A DNA stretch of 64,000 nucleotides, taken from Botryllus schlosseri (Eukaryota). This document shows, one piece after another, positions 62,200-64,000 of the stretch; within the stretch, counting starts at the first letter, position 1, and every line of letters starts with the position of its first letter. Below the pieces are notes generated by a model. That model was not told the DNA's origin and made no database searches. It saw only the letters and a program-made list of their open reading frames with translations. The stretch spans positions 1,302,001 to 1,366,000 of the forward strand of contig JBPPKV010000017.1 in the NCBI GenBank assembly GCA_051294905.1, in the 5' to 3' direction. The translations under genes were made by a program, and so were the position numbers.

Positions 62200-64000
62200 A
62201 TATATAACATACAAGTGATCAGATTCGCTGCTGGAGTTCATTGAAATTTAGGACACCCATTACGTTTCGGCAACATTGCACCAAGTTTACCATGTCCTTT
62301 TTCGATCGGGTAGCTGTTCACTGAAAATAAAGCAAGGCTAGCGATCTCTTTGACTTGAATCGATGACGTTGGCATATTTTGTCACTGTCTGAAAATGTTG
62401 ACTTGAAAATATAAGGTAAATACTTTCACTAGAAGCCTTGTGATAGATACGGCACGACATTTGCTCGCTTAGGATATATTTGATTGAGAGGCCGTCGCTG
62501 GCCTACAAAATTGTCTTGCCAGCTGCAGCACATCTGAACTAATTTTAAAAAATGGGGGGGGGGGATTTGTATGTGAAAAAGATACTTCAAATAGCATTTG
62601 AACATACTTTCAGCAAACAAAACAAACCATAAGGAGCATACGTTAGGATATAACTGGTTGACTACATGACAGTTCGGACATGAACAATTTAGGAAATCCA
62701 ATTCTAAAGTGAAATTCCTCCCTAAAAATTGCAAAATTCCCCCCAAGGGGGGAATTCCTCCCCGGTTGGGAACCACTGCACTAGACGAAGGCTACTCTGG
62801 CTACTACGAATAAAATGCACCGCACGAAAATACCTGACAACAGCTATACCGGCCATCCTGAAAATCCTGACCGAAAAGCACTTCGTCAGTCCAACCCCAA
62901 ACATGTCGGTATCGGGCCTCACACCGCGATAAGCAAAACGTCCGGGGCTTCGCCCGCAGACCCCCAGTTAGATGGATTTTTTCACTAGTACTGTTTAGAG
63001 CTCATGTACTGTTCAACTGCAGAGTGTTCATGTAGCCTAACCGGGTTAGTAGCGAAAATATTCGAGCATTCATGACCGAATCGGTCAAAAATATTGGTAT
63101 TGCACATATATTGCTAAAAATTATTTATCCTCTCAGAATTGTCATATTTTGCGGTAGGGCTGAGTGAAGTGTCGTCTTGGAAGATTTAGGGCACGTAAAA
63201 TATAATTAAAAATAACATGTTCGGGTGGGCCTGTTGAAATATTTACTTCGTTACATGTCATTATTTCGTGACCTACTGCCTGTTATGTAGTGAATAGATA
63301 TTGAAATCGCTCAAGCGTATTGAACTAAAAGTCGCACACGATTCCAAATTAGTATTTTTTCACTGCCAAATAATTTTTCTCTGAGGCATCGCATTTGTCT
63401 TGTGGGGAACAGATTGTCAAGATGGCGAGATCCAGCGCCAGGCATTTAAGCGCCTATGGTCAATTAGACATATATATATATCGGTTCTCGGTCAACAAAG
63501 CTTAATCCTTTTCAGCCCAAGTTTTCTCGATGCCAAATTTTTGGCACCCCTTTCGGAGTCCCATGTCAGTCTGAACTGCATTGTGTGTTGGTGTGTCGTG
63601 GCGAGGTAACAGCTGACGTCGAAATGCCTATTTCTTGGAAAAGGGTACCCCTAATAAGCAAGACATTTAGTGGCTCTAAATCGCTCAAGGCGCGAAAAGA
63701 ATTGAAAAAGTTTCGAAAATATTTCAAAAAGTACTTTTATAAATAATGTTCATTTGCGAAATAATTTTGGGTCCCCTTCAAGCTCGGCACCTCTCCGACT
63801 GGGGAGTTTCGGGTGCCCAAGTTAGGTAGCTACCACTCTAAATTCGAATGCGTGGAGAGGAACGCAAATTTACACGCCAAATCCGTTTTTTTTTTCAACT
63901 ACCACACAACGTGCTGGTGCCGATATGAGCCTGGCTATCCTGTGTTCAGTGGTGGTGTGTTCATGCTGACTGGTGCAGAGTCGAAATTAATACCAGCCAT

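Noticed and set aside
61277-62778. Single CAGTGGTTCCCAACC MITE spanning 1.5 kb around the 61683 element
   Set aside because: TIRs match but flanks agree at only 5/8 (gcctaggc/cactagac), so the ends may come from different copies.

Overview
AT-rich eukaryotic genomic DNA from an intron-rich animal, probably a marine invertebrate (the species cannot be fixed from the sequence). Most ORF-track entries are spurious. The main host-gene signal is four Notch exons on the + strand (18850-24698, EGF repeats 8-13, including ligand-binding EGF11-12). They carry two lost cysteines and a +2 frameshift, and I found no further Notch exons 18 kb upstream or 39 kb downstream. The rest is transposon-dense: many hAT-type MITEs with 8-bp TSDs (several nested), a 5.7-kb piggyBac-ended element containing a P-type THAP transposase remnant, a 2.7-kb long-TIR element, a spliced DUF4806-type gene, CR1/L2-group LINE fragments, a full-length tRNA-SINE with a 14-bp TSD, and an orphan Cupin_5 exon. 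The two most unusual items are (i) a 306-bp LTR insertion holding a 35-nt copy of a mature tRNA-Leu 3' end followed by a second LTR terminus, all within one 5-bp TSD (49193-49498), and (ii) a decayed, apparently intronless 3.7-kb minus-strand cassette ending in a mucin-like stalk plus transmembrane anchor (34755-38495), a candidate endogenous viral or env-like relic. All family assignments come from motif recognition by eye; no database search was run.
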